Source: a virus
IMG/VR virus record: IMGVR_UViG_3300032092_000004
Span: 89,131 to 153,130 of that record
DNA length: 64,000 bases
Reading direction: 5' to 3' (one strand)
This document shows positions 1-10,206 of the stretch, piece by piece. The position numbers were made by a program, and so were the translations under genes. The stretch's first letter is position 1, and every line of letters starts with the position of its first letter. The notes beneath the pieces are model-generated. The model saw nothing but the letters and a program-made list of their open reading frames with translations. It searched no databases and was not told the origin of the DNA.

Positions 1-226
1 TAAAATGATGAAACCAATTTTTGAAAGAGTTGCATCGTCAAATGAAACTGAAGTTCAAATGTATACTCTTAATATTGATAATAACAGAGAAGTCGCTTTA
101 AGTCTTGGTATCAGAAGTATCCCAACCGTAAAGATGTTTAATTCAGGTGAAGTAGTTGAAACAAAGGTGGGTATAATGAATGAAGGGCAGATAAAAGAAA
201 TGGTAAGTGAATTAATCAATGGATAA
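1..226 (+). CDS. Thioredoxin, 5'-truncated by window edge
   Basis: KMMKPIFE follows the expected WCxxC position, which lies upstream of the window; GIRSIPT cis-Pro motif. Confidence 0.85.
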   Translation, partial: KMMKPIFERVASSNETEVQMYTLNIDNNREVALSLGIRSIPTVKMFNSGEVVETKVGIMNEGQIKEMVSELING

Positions 227-506
227 AATTGCAGTTGTGTTTACAATGAAGAGTTGTCCTCATTGTCACACATTTAAAAAAATGTTAGAAGAAGCTGACA
301 TTGAATTTATTGATAGAGATATTGATGAATATGAAGAAGAATATGATATGTTTGTTGAAGTCACAGGAAATGACTTTGTACCGGCATTCATGTTAATTGA
401 AAATCCTGAAAGTGAATCACCAACATCAAATCTATACGCTCCTGATCGAGATTTTGAAGATATAGATGAAGGATTGCAAATAATCAAAGAATTTTACGAA
501 AGATAA
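219..506 (+). CDS. Glutaredoxin-like protein
   Basis: CPHC active site, FVPAF motif. Confidence 0.85.
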   Translation: MDKIAVVFTMKSCPHCHTFKKMLEEADIEFIDRDIDEYEEEYDMFVEVTGNDFVPAFMLIENPESESPTSNLYAPDRDFEDIDEGLQIIKEFYER

Positions 507-536
507 AAAAACCCCTCAATTGAGGGGTTTTCTTTT
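506..536. terminator. Bidirectional intrinsic terminator
   Basis: AAAACCCCTCAATTGAGGGGTTTT inverted repeat with A/T tails between convergent genes. Confidence 0.85.
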
Positions 537-1230
537 ATATTAATATTATGTCTTTTAGTCTATCTTGAATCAAGTATGGTTTGTCTAATGTCTGATCAGT
601 GACATCTTTTGTAAAGTCGTAGTTAGACATCCTTTCTTTAAACTCAGTAAGATCCATATCAAAACAATCTAAAACAAGACTTTCAATGGTTTTCTTTGGA
701 ACTTGAGAATCACAGATCACTTTAATTCTATAATCCTCATCTTCATTTAGATCACTTGAGTAATGAAAGTATACCTTATCAACACCTAACAAAGAATACA
801 TTTGATTGAATATGTAATGTGAGTAATATAATATTCCTCTACCACATCCTAAACTATGACCATAAGGAAACTCTGATGAAGTGTTTATTTCTGAAATGGG
901 GTCTAATTCGTTAACATACAAAAATTTATTAACTGTGATCCATGCTCTTGGAAAATCTGTGATTTCTTGTTCATACTTAATGATGTCAATAATGTTAAGA
1001 CTTTCTTTATTAAGTGATTTAAATAATTCTTTGTTTGATTCTATGAATTCTATTTTAAGTTCATTAAGATTTAAAACATTACTACTTATGGTTTGACCGT
1101 TTACAACCACAAAGTTTTCACAATCTGTTACTTGAATTATTGTATTTTCTGATTTGTTGAATTTTGACAGGATGTAGTCTGCGAATAGATTCACAAAATA
1201 CCGTTTTGTGTTTTTTTCTAATTTTCTCAT
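535..1230 (-). CDS. Hypothetical protein, possible degenerate SAM-synthetase (MetK)-fold homolog
   Basis: 231-aa ORF; weak N- and C-terminal resemblance to MetK; catalytic motifs absent. Confidence 0.4.
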   Translation of the reverse strand: MRKLEKNTKRYFVNLFADYILSKFNKSENTIIQVTDCENFVVVNGQTISSNVLNLNELKIEFIESNKELFKSLNKESLNIIDIIKYEQEITDFPRAWITVNKFLYVNELDPISEINTSSEFPYGHSLGCGRGILYYSHYIFNQMYSLLGVDKVYFHYSSDLNEDEDYRIKVICDSQVPKKTIESLVLDCFDMDLTEFKERMSNYDFTKDVTDQTLDKPYLIQDRLKDIILI

Positions 1231-1279
1231 ATTCTTGGTTTTTATAATGAATATGAGAATTAAATGAAACTATAAATAG

Positions 1280-2392
1280 TTAGATATATTCAGGAAACAT
1301 TTCGTTGATGTTTTTCTGTGTTAAAGAGTAATCAGGGTAGTCTGGAATTCTAGCGTCAATACATTCAATTATATCATTATTTATTAAGCCTACCAAGAAT
1401 TCACTATAAGTACCGTAATATTCTAAAAACGAATCACTATAAGTTGAACCCTTGTTATTTTCTAAAAACCCTCTAATTTCTTTTACAAAATATCTAATTT
1501 TAATGTATTGAATGTAACGAGTTTTTCCGTCTTTTCCTGATATCGGAACATCATCAATTTTACCTTCAAACAACTCATCTAAACCACCGTAAATGGCATC
1601 ATAAATTTCTTGTTCGTATGCTGAATTTTCAGAGTTATAATAAAGACTTCTTAATTCTTGACCAATCTCTTCTAAATCATTACTGAACAGCTCATTAGTT
1701 GCGTCGGTATCTTTTAACAAATCGTTTAGATCTTCAGGTCTTATTCTAAAATAACCAGGAGTTCCTTGTTCTTCAGATAAGGACTCAAAAAAGTCAGAAT
1801 CATAGTCATCTAAAGATAATTCAGTATTACCAATTTCTTTGTAAACAACATCTTTTAGTTTGGTTAAGTTTGTGTCGTCTAATTCAGTTACTGTCTCATA
1901 TGGTAAAGCACCACTATCGTAATAACCATAATCCAAACCTTCCTCACTGAATATTTGTTCTGCAATATGTCTTACTCCTTCTCTTCTCCCACTACTCCCA
2001 CAATAAAAGTTTGCCAACTCTTCTCTATTTTTTAGAAATAAATAAAAACCACCATTTCTAATTTCAACATCGGTTAATAAATTATTAATAATAAAAAGAA
2101 TTGTACCTTCATAGTCTTCATCTAATTTACGAAGTAGAAGAACATTTTTTAATTCATCAGGTGCATCATCATAACTAAGATTACCTAAAACACCATTTTC
2201 ATTCAGATATTCTATGATCTCATCATCCCACTGACGGTAACCTACTTGACCTAAATCTAATTCATCTAAAAGACCGTATTTTTTAACAAACTTAAAAAAT
2301 GTAATTAAATCATTAAAATACGGCTCAATGTCGTCATCAAAATCGCCATCATTAAATGAATTAACTAATTGTCTTGCTCTATCTAAACTCAT
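1280..2392 (-). CDS. Hypothetical acidic protein
   Basis: 370-aa ORF in minus-strand run. Confidence 0.75.
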   Translation of the reverse strand: MSLDRARQLVNSFNDGDFDDDIEPYFNDLITFFKFVKKYGLLDELDLGQVGYRQWDDEIIEYLNENGVLGNLSYDDAPDELKNVLLLRKLDEDYEGTILFIINNLLTDVEIRNGGFYLFLKNREELANFYCGSSGRREGVRHIAEQIFSEEGLDYGYYDSGALPYETVTELDDTNLTKLKDVVYKEIGNTELSLDDYDSDFFESLSEEQGTPGYFRIRPEDLNDLLKDTDATNELFSNDLEEIGQELRSLYYNSENSAYEQEIYDAIYGGLDELFEGKIDDVPISGKDGKTRYIQYIKIRYFVKEIRGFLENNKGSTYSDSFLEYYGTYSEFLVGLINNDIIECIDARIPDYPDYSLTQKNINEMFPEYI

Positions 2393-2394
2393 TT

Positions 2395-2649
2395 TTAGTT
2401 GTTTTGATTCTCAGGTTCTTGATATAATACGTTAGTTTCATTTAAATTAATAGTGATATTATCAACAGTTAATAAATCACCGTTAACTTGAAAATCAGTT
2501 CTATATTGTAATACTGATCCTGAAGGAATGTTTGATGTGTCAACATCCAACCCCATAACTTCTTCACCAATAAAGATGTTAAAGATTAAATCTTGGATTA
2601 CCTCAACTGCGGTAATTGTTCTTCCGTTTAAATATTCATTAATTGTCAT
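2395..2649 (-). CDS. Hypothetical protein
   Basis: 84-aa ORF tightly packed in minus-strand run. Confidence 0.65.
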   Translation of the reverse strand: MTINEYLNGRTITAVEVIQDLIFNIFIGEEVMGLDVDTSNIPSGSVLQYRTDFQVNGDLLTVDNITINLNETNVLYQEPENQNN

Positions 2650-2678
2650 AATTTTGTTTTTTTATTTTTATTTAGTTA

Positions 2679-5234
2679 CTAACTATTTAACCCATTTCCA
2701 CCCAAAAGTACAGCGTTCATTTGAGTTACAGAACCACCATTAAGACCTATCCAAACCGGATGTGGAACACTCACCAATGAAGCACTTCCATCACAAATAA
2801 GACAGTCAATATATTCGGTGTTTGCACTGATAGGTATAACATAACCATTACATATTTCACATTCTGAGAAGAGTTCTAATGCGGTATATTCTGATTCAAG
2901 AGGAACACTCAAAAGACCGGTAAATTTATATGCGTTTAAATTGGCGATTTCAGTAAAATTACCACCAACCAATATATTACCATTTGATTGTAATTTTATT
3001 GAATAAATTTCTGAGCCTTGGTTAAATCCACTACCAACGTTAAAATTTGTATCTATAGATCCATCTGAGTTTAATCTTACTATTTCACCTTCAGATAAAC
3101 CATTGTATGAATTAAAAGGACCACCAGCTAAGATTTTTCCATCTGATTGTAATGCTGATGCATAAACATTACCAGCAAATCCACTACCAATAGAAAAACT
3201 AGAATCTATTGATCCATCAGAGTTTAATCTAATAATTCTATTTCTGGATGACCCACTATAAGTTGTGAAAGTACCCACAACTAATATTTTTCCATCCGAC
3301 TGAACTTCAATATCCCAAACAATACTGTTAAATCCGGTACCAACAACAAAACTAGAATCTATTGACCCGCCTGTGTTTAATCTAATAATCCTATTAATAG
3401 ATACACCACTATATGATGTAAAATTACCACCAACTAATATCTTCCCGTCTGATTGTATGTTAATTTTAAATACCGAATTGGCCGTAAATCCAGTACCAAT
3501 AACAAAACTAGAATCTATTGATCCATCGGTATTTAATCTAACTATACAATTTCTACTTACACCACTATAAGAAGAAAAATAACCCCCAACTAATATTTTC
3601 CCATCTGTTTGTATTTCAATACTATTTACATTACTAGTAAATCCTGTACCAATAGAAAAACTATTATCGATAGATCCATCGGTATTTAATCTAACGATTC
3701 TATTTTTAGTCACACTACTATATGATGTAAATAGACCACCAACTAATAACTTTCCGTCTGATTGTGGTGTAATTACGGTAACTCGGTTATTAAATCCGGT
3801 ACCAATAACAAAACTAGTGTCTACTGTATAGTCGGTGTTTAATCTAATAATCCTATTTATGGATACCCCACTATATGATGTAAAATCACCACCAACTAAT
3901 ATTTTTCCATCTGTTTGTGTTTGAATAGCCCATACGGAACCATTAAATCCAGTTCCAATATCAAAAAGAGGGTTTATATTGTTGAACGATTCATTCAATG
4001 CCTCGTAACATCTAAAATCTGTCGTGTATAATATTGGGTTATTATCTAAAGAATCTAATTGACAAATACGATTGCAAAAATATCCATTAAATTTTGTGAA
4101 GGAACTACCACCAACAATTATTTTTCCGTTTGAATTTGTCACAAACGAAATAACACTACCGTCAAACCCGAAGCCAGTTACAAAACTAGAATCTATTGAT
4201 CCATCAGAGTTTAATTTAATAATTCTATTTTTAGATACCCCACTATACGTTGTGAAATCACCACCAACTAATATTTTTCCATCCGACTGAACTTCAATAT
4301 CCCTAACATTATTGTCAAATCCAGTTCCAATAACAAAACTTCCATCTTTGCCACCATTAGAGTTTAATCTAACAATATAATTATCAATTGATCCACCAAA
4401 TGTTATAAAATTACCACCAATTAATACCTTCCCGTCTGATTGTAATGCAATTGAAAAGACGGTAGCTTCATCTATACCGGTACCACTATTCCATGATACG
4501 TCTCTTGTTCCATCTGAATTTAATCTTACTATACCAGAACCAATATAAGCTCCATTATATTGAGTAAATCCACCACCAACAATTATTTTTCCGTCTGGTT
4601 GGTATTGAATTGCGAAAACAGATCCATCACCCCCTTCACCATAAGTATTATAAAATCCTGAACCGGTATTAAATGTATTATCTATCGATCCATTAGTATT
4701 TAATCTTATTAAACTCGCACCTACTGATACCCCACTATAAGAAGTAAAATAACCACCAACCAATATCTTTCCGTCCGATTGTAACTCAAGATCATAAGGG
4801 GGTAAATTCAAACCGGACCCAATACTAAAACTGTTGTCAATAGACCCGTCTGTGTTTAATCTAATGATATAATTTCTGGCAACACCACTATACGATGTAA
4901 AACCACCAACAACTAATATTTTCCCATCTGTTTGTACTTCAATATCACTTACATACGATGTAAAACCACTTCCATTAACAAAACTATCATCAACAGAACC
5001 ATCAGTATTTAATCTAACAATATAATTTTTGGCAACACCACTATAAGAAGTAAAATAACCCCCAACTAATATCTTCCCGTCTGATTGTAACTTTACACTA
5101 TTAATTTGATTGTTAACCCCAGACCCAATATCAAAACCAACATTTGGAATACCTGGTAATGGAATCGATAAATCCCCTCCATCAATATATTTGTTTTCGC
5201 CTGTTAGGCAAGATTCGCAGTAGTATGTACTCAT
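2679..5234 (-). CDS. Delta-60 repeat double beta-propeller protein (probable virion/adhesion protein)
   Basis: 14 repeats of Q.DGKILVGG.FT.Y.G...N.I.RLN.DGS.D.SF arranged 7+7. Confidence 0.85.
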   Translation of the reverse strand: MSTYYCESCLTGENKYIDGGDLSIPLPGIPNVGFDIGSGVNNQINSVKLQSDGKILVGGYFTSYSGVAKNYIVRLNTDGSVDDSFVNGSGFTSYVSDIEVQTDGKILVVGGFTSYSGVARNYIIRLNTDGSIDNSFSIGSGLNLPPYDLELQSDGKILVGGYFTSYSGVSVGASLIRLNTNGSIDNTFNTGSGFYNTYGEGGDGSVFAIQYQPDGKIIVGGGFTQYNGAYIGSGIVRLNSDGTRDVSWNSGTGIDEATVFSIALQSDGKVLIGGNFITFGGSIDNYIVRLNSNGGKDGSFVIGTGFDNNVRDIEVQSDGKILVGGDFTTYSGVSKNRIIKLNSDGSIDSSFVTGFGFDGSVISFVTNSNGKIIVGGSSFTKFNGYFCNRICQLDSLDNNPILYTTDFRCYEALNESFNNINPLFDIGTGFNGSVWAIQTQTDGKILVGGDFTSYSGVSINRIIRLNTDYTVDTSFVIGTGFNNRVTVITPQSDGKLLVGGLFTSYSSVTKNRIVRLNTDGSIDNSFSIGTGFTSNVNSIEIQTDGKILVGGYFSSYSGVSRNCIVRLNTDGSIDSSFVIGTGFTANSVFKINIQSDGKILVGGNFTSYSGVSINRIIRLNTGGSIDSSFVVGTGFNSIVWDIEVQSDGKILVVGTFTTYSGSSRNRIIRLNSDGSIDSSFSIGSGFAGNVYASALQSDGKILAGGPFNSYNGLSEGEIVRLNSDGSIDTNFNVGSGFNQGSEIYSIKLQSNGNILVGGNFTEIANLNAYKFTGLLSVPLESEYTALELFSECEICNGYVIPISANTEYIDCLICDGSASLVSVPHPVWIGLNGGSVTQMNAVLLGGNGLNS

Positions 5235-5316
5235 TTTCCTTTTAATTTATAAATATCAAGAAATAAAAAAAGGTGTCCCAAAATGAAACACCTTATTATT
5301 CGATGATACGCAAATA

Positions 5317-5466
5317 TTATCTTCTGTAATATTTGTTAATGATTTTTTTTACCGACTCTTGAACGTTAGTATTATTTTGAGTGGTATTAGCACCTTGTTG
5401 TGTTTGAGTTTGTGTTTGTGTTTGAGGTTGTTGTGCCTGTTGCTTGTTTTTACATCCGCAGCCCAT
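5317..5466 (-). CDS. Small Gln/Thr-rich protein (MGCGCKNKQQ..., 49 aa), not in ORF track
   Basis: Manual translation ATG 5466 to TAA 5317; upstream TATTTAT; hairpin downstream at ~5268-5294. Confidence 0.7.
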   Translation of the reverse strand: MGCGCKNKQQAQQPQTQTQTQTQQGANTTQNNTNVQESVKKIINKYYRR

Positions 5467-5572
5467 AACTAAATGTTTTTATTGGTTTATTTATCTATAA
5501 ATAGTATCTAAAACAAGTTTAATTCAGAATAAATAAAAATCAATTATTTTTATTTTGTTATATTTATAAAGT

Positions 5573-6778
5573 ATGAGAGACTTCATTAAAAATTTCTTAT
5601 TAGAACAAGATGAGAATCTTGTCACACTAACTCCTGATCAATATACAGAAACATTAGAGGATGTTGGAGGTATTGCAGCAAGAGTTGCAAATCTCAAACC
5701 TTATCGTGGTAAGGGTATTGTTATTAATGGTGGTTTAGATCTTAGAAAATTTAAAAACATTGGTCCTTTAACTGGCGTTGTTAGAGTTATGGGACGATTA
5801 GACATATCTAATACGAATATTTCAAATCTTGATGGAACTAAGGTAGATGGGTATGTTAGTAGTTGGGGTTCAACAATGCATACAAATAAATTAAAACAAG
5901 AAAGAAATAAAAAACTTTCAGAATTAGCCGATTATAGAGAAGATGATGAATGGAATATTGAAAATAATGATGATGAATCTGAAAGAACTGAAGCGTTATA
6001 TGAATTCTTAGTTGAAGAAGGTATTCCTACCTTATATGAAGACGACAATGGTGATGAAATAGAAGAAGATAAATATTTTATTTATCCAAATGGTACTGGA
6101 AATCACGGTATTGGAAAACAATACGAATGGTTAGGTGGTGGAACTTTACAACCTGACACATATGATGTTTATACTCAAGACGAGTTAGATGTTGCGGCTA
6201 AAAGATATGTTGAAAGATCGGTTGATGACATGGGTTATGATGCATTCTCAAGTTGGGTTTGGGATCAAGCGATTAATAAAGGAGAGTGGCAAAGTTGGTT
6301 AGATGATTTTTTTGAAGATATAGTTAGAGTTGATCCTGAACATTATGATATAGGACTTGAATTATCTAAAAATCAACAACATCAAGTTAATCAATTAACA
6401 AAAACTATAGAAAATCTAAATAATAGATTAGAAAAAGAGGAATTGTCTGACGAAGAATTCGAAAACATCGAAAGAAAAATTGAAGGTTTAGAAGAGACAA
6501 TAGAAGACATCAAAGAAGATCCACAAGGTGGTTATGATGAAAGTTCTATACAGAATGAAATCAATGATAGAGTTAATGAATATGTTGATGATATTGATGA
6601 GTTTATCAAACATTACGGTTATGAAAGTAGTTTTATAATGGATTTTGTTGATTTAAATGAAGTAACTGACATTGTAGTTAATAGTGATGGGTATGGTAAT
6701 TTATTAAACTCACATGATGGAGAAATGTTTGAAACAAAGGTAAATGACGATTGGTATTTTGTAATGAGAGCTGGTTAG
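5573..6778 (+). CDS. Hypothetical acidic protein with N-terminal tag and coiled coil
   Basis: 401-aa ORF; starts MRDFIKNFLLEQ; TATTTAT at 5561. Confidence 0.75.
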   Translation: MRDFIKNFLLEQDENLVTLTPDQYTETLEDVGGIAARVANLKPYRGKGIVINGGLDLRKFKNIGPLTGVVRVMGRLDISNTNISNLDGTKVDGYVSSWGSTMHTNKLKQERNKKLSELADYREDDEWNIENNDDESERTEALYEFLVEEGIPTLYEDDNGDEIEEDKYFIYPNGTGNHGIGKQYEWLGGGTLQPDTYDVYTQDELDVAAKRYVERSVDDMGYDAFSSWVWDQAINKGEWQSWLDDFFEDIVRVDPEHYDIGLELSKNQQHQVNQLTKTIENLNNRLEKEELSDEEFENIERKIEGLEETIEDIKEDPQGGYDESSIQNEINDRVNEYVDDIDEFIKHYGYESSFIMDFVDLNEVTDIVVNSDGYGNLLNSHDGEMFETKVNDDWYFVMRAG

Positions 6779-6818
6779 GTCTTTATTTGTTGAACAATAT
6801 ATCATATTTTTATTATGA

Positions 6819-7586
6819 ATGGCACGAAGAAAAAAAATAGAATTTTTGATGAACACCGATTGGATGTTTGAAAAACCTATTGATAGAGAATACAAAGAAT
6901 ACAAACTACTTTCTTATTTTCAAAAAATGGGAGATAAACTCGATAAGTTAGAGTTATACCCTGGTTTTATTGAATTATCATTACACTTAATGAATATCCA
7001 AGCTCTTATGAGGGATAAGAAAATTGTCTACACGGATAAAAAATTAAATACCGTAGACGATGAAATTATGGTGAAGGATCTGAAAGTAAAAGACGCTCCG
7101 ACCATGTCTATTGAAGAAAATGAAGAGTTTAGAAAAATTTTATCTTATTCAGCACCAAGAATCATGGAATACTTTAATGTAGCCAAGTCTGTTTGGACGA
7201 TAGTATTTGATTCTTTGGATATGAAAATCAAAAGAAACAAAAAAAATATCTTACACCCAAAAGGGTATTTCTTTTATACTGAAACAGAAAGTAAAAAAAC
7301 TTATGTGTGGGAGTACATTATAAAGAAAGAAACAAAAAGTAACCCACAAAGAATGGCGAATATAAATTTAATTTATTTCGATGAGATCGGAGAGTTGACC
7401 ATCCCAAATATAATATCTACATTTTCAACATACGAACCAAAAGACAAGAGAATGGGGCCAGTATTTCAAATGTCATCAAACGGAATTTTTCCTGTTAATG
7501 AAACATTATTACCCCTCTTCAAAAGAAGAATTGCGGGACTCATATCACAAACAAAAAACCAAGAAGAAAAACAAGAAACAGAATAA
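6819..7586 (+). CDS. Hypothetical protein
   Basis: 255-aa ORF. Confidence 0.75.
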   Translation: MARRKKIEFLMNTDWMFEKPIDREYKEYKLLSYFQKMGDKLDKLELYPGFIELSLHLMNIQALMRDKKIVYTDKKLNTVDDEIMVKDLKVKDAPTMSIEENEEFRKILSYSAPRIMEYFNVAKSVWTIVFDSLDMKIKRNKKNILHPKGYFFYTETESKKTYVWEYIIKKETKSNPQRMANINLIYFDEIGELTIPNIISTFSTYEPKDKRMGPVFQMSSNGIFPVNETLLPLFKRRIAGLISQTKNQEEKQETE

Positions 7587-7589
7587 GTT

Positions 7590-7772
7590 ATGGGATTTAA
7601 TAAGAGAATTTTAAAGAAAGAAAACATTTTAAAAAACCTCCCAAACCTTATGACCTATTTGGACGCCGATGCGATAATTTGTACCGACGATTTCTCACGC
7701 AAAGTTTATAGGATGTATAGTGAAGGTTTTACCGAAGAAGAAATAATAAATATAATAAATAAAATGAAATGA
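7590..7772 (+). CDS. Hypothetical protein
   Basis: 60-aa ORF, ATGA-coupled to next gene. Confidence 0.6.
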   Translation: MGFNKRILKKENILKNLPNLMTYLDADAIICTDDFSRKVYRMYSEGFTEEEIINIINKMK

Positions 7773-8152
7773 AAGACATGATGACTTCTTTTGTGGATAT
7801 GGATGGTTTAAGTGGAAAATACGGAACAATCTCTAATGATGAATTATTAAAAGAATATAGTGAGGAGGAAAATATGATGGATAATTTAAAAGTATGTTTA
7901 TGTAATGGTACAGGACCTTGTCAGTGTACCTCACCAAAAGTAGAACAAGTAAATCATCCACAGCATTACGGAGGTAAAAATAATCCTTACGAAGCAATTA
8001 AAGTTATTGACGCTTGGGATTTAGGATTTAGTTTAGGAAATACAGTAAAATATATAAGCCGTGCAGGAAAAAAAGGAAAAGATAAAGAACTTGAGGACCT
8101 CAGAAAAGCACTCTGGTACCTCCAACACCACATCGAAACACTCGAAAAGTAA
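7769..8152 (+). CDS. DUF3310-like phage protein
   Basis: VNHPQHY...GNTVKYISRAGKK...EDLRKALWYL signature. Confidence 0.85.
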   Translation: MKDMMTSFVDMDGLSGKYGTISNDELLKEYSEEENMMDNLKVCLCNGTGPCQCTSPKVEQVNHPQHYGGKNNPYEAIKVIDAWDLGFSLGNTVKYISRAGKKGKDKELEDLRKALWYLQHHIETLEK

Positions 8153-8456
8153 CACAGGTTTTGATAAAGAGATCAGTGTTTGGGATGCTCTTACAACCCC
8201 AAATGAATTATTGAGAGAAACCCTAATTAACTTTATGTGGGGGTTTTTAGGTAACTCTATTGTTGTGTTTGCATCAAAAGAACTGGACTTTTTGGTCCTT
8301 ATAAATTATATTACTTATTACATACTGATTTCTTACATTGTGAATAGAAAAAAATATGAAACTATGTTAGGTAAGTTCATTATTCTTCCTGGATCTGCAG
8401 CAGCAGGGGCATTCACAGGATATAAATTGGCTCAGATGATCTCAAATTTTATTTAA
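8061..8456 (+). CDS. Membrane protein (start uncertain)
   Basis: Three hydrophobic segments in the C-terminal 90 aa. Confidence 0.55.
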   Translation: MQEKKEKIKNLRTSEKHSGTSNTTSKHSKSNTGFDKEISVWDALTTPNELLRETLINFMWGFLGNSIVVFASKELDFLVLINYITYYILISYIVNRKKYETMLGKFIILPGSAAAGAFTGYKLAQMISNFI

Positions 8457-8458
8457 AA

Positions 8459-8608
8459 ATGGAAAAAGATTGGAACCCAAATGACTTTCAAGGAAGATCA
8501 AAAGATCAAATGGAAAGAAACTATAGAATTTTTGCAATTCTAATTACATTATCGTGGTTAGTTGGGACTGGACTTGTTTCATTCAAATTAATTAGTTACA
8601 TTTTTTAA
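8459..8608 (+). CDS. Small membrane protein (49 aa), not in ORF track
   Basis: MEKDWNPNDFQGRS... with one TM segment; fills gap between genes. Confidence 0.6.
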   Translation: MEKDWNPNDFQGRSKDQMERNYRIFAILITLSWLVGTGLVSFKLISYIF

Positions 8609-8619
8609 TCTATAATAAT

Positions 8620-9150
8620 ATGAAATATTACAAAATTACAATCGGAGGTAAAGGAGCTGAAGTTTACCCATTTCAATTAAACACAAAACAATATGAAGCA
8701 CTAAGAGATGGTGGAGTTGAACATGATGAATTGGATCACGATCAGATCTCTGAAATTTTGGGGGTTGATACTTTTTTTGATTCACCAAACGAATCTATTA
8801 TGGGACCATATCCCGACGCATTCTTTGTGAGAGTTGAGGACGAGGAAGGGAATGTTGTTTATCAAAGTGAGGAACTTGATAACGAAAAAAGTGATTACGA
8901 AGAACAATATTGTGGTGAGGTTGCTTACCTAATCATCGAAGACTATTGCAAGGGAGAACATCTTGTTTATGATATTCCATTAGAAGAGGACTTCGAGATC
9001 GATAAGTTAAGATTCAAAGTCGATGACATTGGATGTAGAGTTGAGGTAGTAAGTGGTATACTATACGAAGAAAAAGAATACACTATATATAAATCATTTG
9101 GTGATACATCCAGTAAAGGATACTACTACCATTTAACCGCAGGAATTTAA
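8620..9150 (+). CDS. Hypothetical protein
   Basis: 176-aa acidic ORF. Confidence 0.7.
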   Translation: MKYYKITIGGKGAEVYPFQLNTKQYEALRDGGVEHDELDHDQISEILGVDTFFDSPNESIMGPYPDAFFVRVEDEEGNVVYQSEELDNEKSDYEEQYCGEVAYLIIEDYCKGEHLVYDIPLEEDFEIDKLRFKVDDIGCRVEVVSGILYEEKEYTIYKSFGDTSSKGYYYHLTAGI

Positions 9151-9153
9151 ATA

Positions 9154-10005
9154 ATGATAGAAACAGGAAAAATAATTAATGGAGATTGTATTGAGGTGAT
9201 GAAGACATTACCTGAAGGATCTGTGGATTTAATCGTAACGTCTCCACCCTACGGAGTTGGGATTGCTTACGATGTTCACGAAGATGACGTTGAGTTTAAC
9301 GAGTATGTGGAGTTTGCAAAGTCTTGGTTATCTGAGGCCTATCGACTATTAAAAGATGATGGAAGAATTGCTCTTAACATTCCTTACGAAATTAATAGAC
9401 AGAAAAAAGGTGGACGTATTTTCTTTGTGTCGGAGATGTGGCAAATCATGAAAGAAATTGGTTATGGTTTCTTTGGTATTGTTGATCTTGAAGAACAATC
9501 ACCACACAGAAGTAAAACCACTGCTTGGGGATCTTGGATGAGTCCAAGTTCACCGTACATTTATAACCCAAAAGAATGTGTCATTTTGGCATACAAAAAT
9601 AAACACATTAAAAAAATCAAAGGTCAACCACAATGGACTGGAGAATTAACTGAAATTGAAAATGAAGATGGTTCAAAAAGGAACAAAATGGTCTATGACG
9701 AGAATGATAAAAAAGAATTTATGGAACTTGTGTTTGGTCAGTGGAATTACTTTGCAGATACTAAATCACTCACCAAGGCAACTTTCTCGATGGACATACC
9801 AACTAAAGCGATTAAAATATTATCCTACAAAAACGATGTAGTTTTAGATCCATTTGCGGGTTCAGGAACTAGTTTAGTGGCCGCTGAGATATTGGATAGA
9901 AGATGGTTAGGAATTGAATTATCACCAAACTATTGTGACGTTGCAAGAGGGAGAGTTCAATCTTTTGTTGATGAAAAAACAAAAGTAAAAATTGAAAGTG
10001 AGTGA
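9154..10005 (+). CDS. Orphan DNA methyltransferase, N4-C/N6-A beta class
   Basis: TSPPY catalytic motif IV precedes DPFAGSGT SAM-binding motif I. Confidence 0.92.
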   Translation: MIETGKIINGDCIEVMKTLPEGSVDLIVTSPPYGVGIAYDVHEDDVEFNEYVEFAKSWLSEAYRLLKDDGRIALNIPYEINRQKKGGRIFFVSEMWQIMKEIGYGFFGIVDLEEQSPHRSKTTAWGSWMSPSSPYIYNPKECVILAYKNKHIKKIKGQPQWTGELTEIENEDGSKRNKMVYDENDKKEFMELVFGQWNYFADTKSLTKATFSMDIPTKAIKILSYKNDVVLDPFAGSGTSLVAAEILDRRWLGIELSPNYCDVARGRVQSFVDEKTKVKIESE

Positions 10006-10017
10006 TATTTATATCAT

Positions 10018-10206
10018 ATGAAAAATTATTTAATCAACGAAAAACAACTTAAGAGAATTCTTGAACAAGTTGAGGACGAAGAAAACGATCCTAAAGATGA
10101 GGAAACTAATGATGAAAATGTAAGTAGTGGTTTTTTTGATGATATCACAAAAAAACCTATAGATAGTAGTGATCCTTTAAAGATTTTTTTTGATTCTTTA
10201 AATTAA
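10018..10206 (+). CDS. Small acidic tagged protein
   Basis: MKNYLINEKQLKRILEQ; TATTTAT at 10006. Confidence 0.65.
   Translation: MKNYLINEKQLKRILEQVEDEENDPKDEETNDENVSSGFFDDITKKPIDSSDPLKIFFDSLN

Noticed and set aside
2900-5140. ~160-bp periodic DNA repeats as a non-coding array or DGR template
   Set aside because: Fully explained by Delta-60 protein repeats; no reverse transcriptase or adenine-specific TR/VR pair seen
9154-10005. Complete restriction-modification system
   Set aside because: No adjacent endonuclease; treated as an orphan methylase
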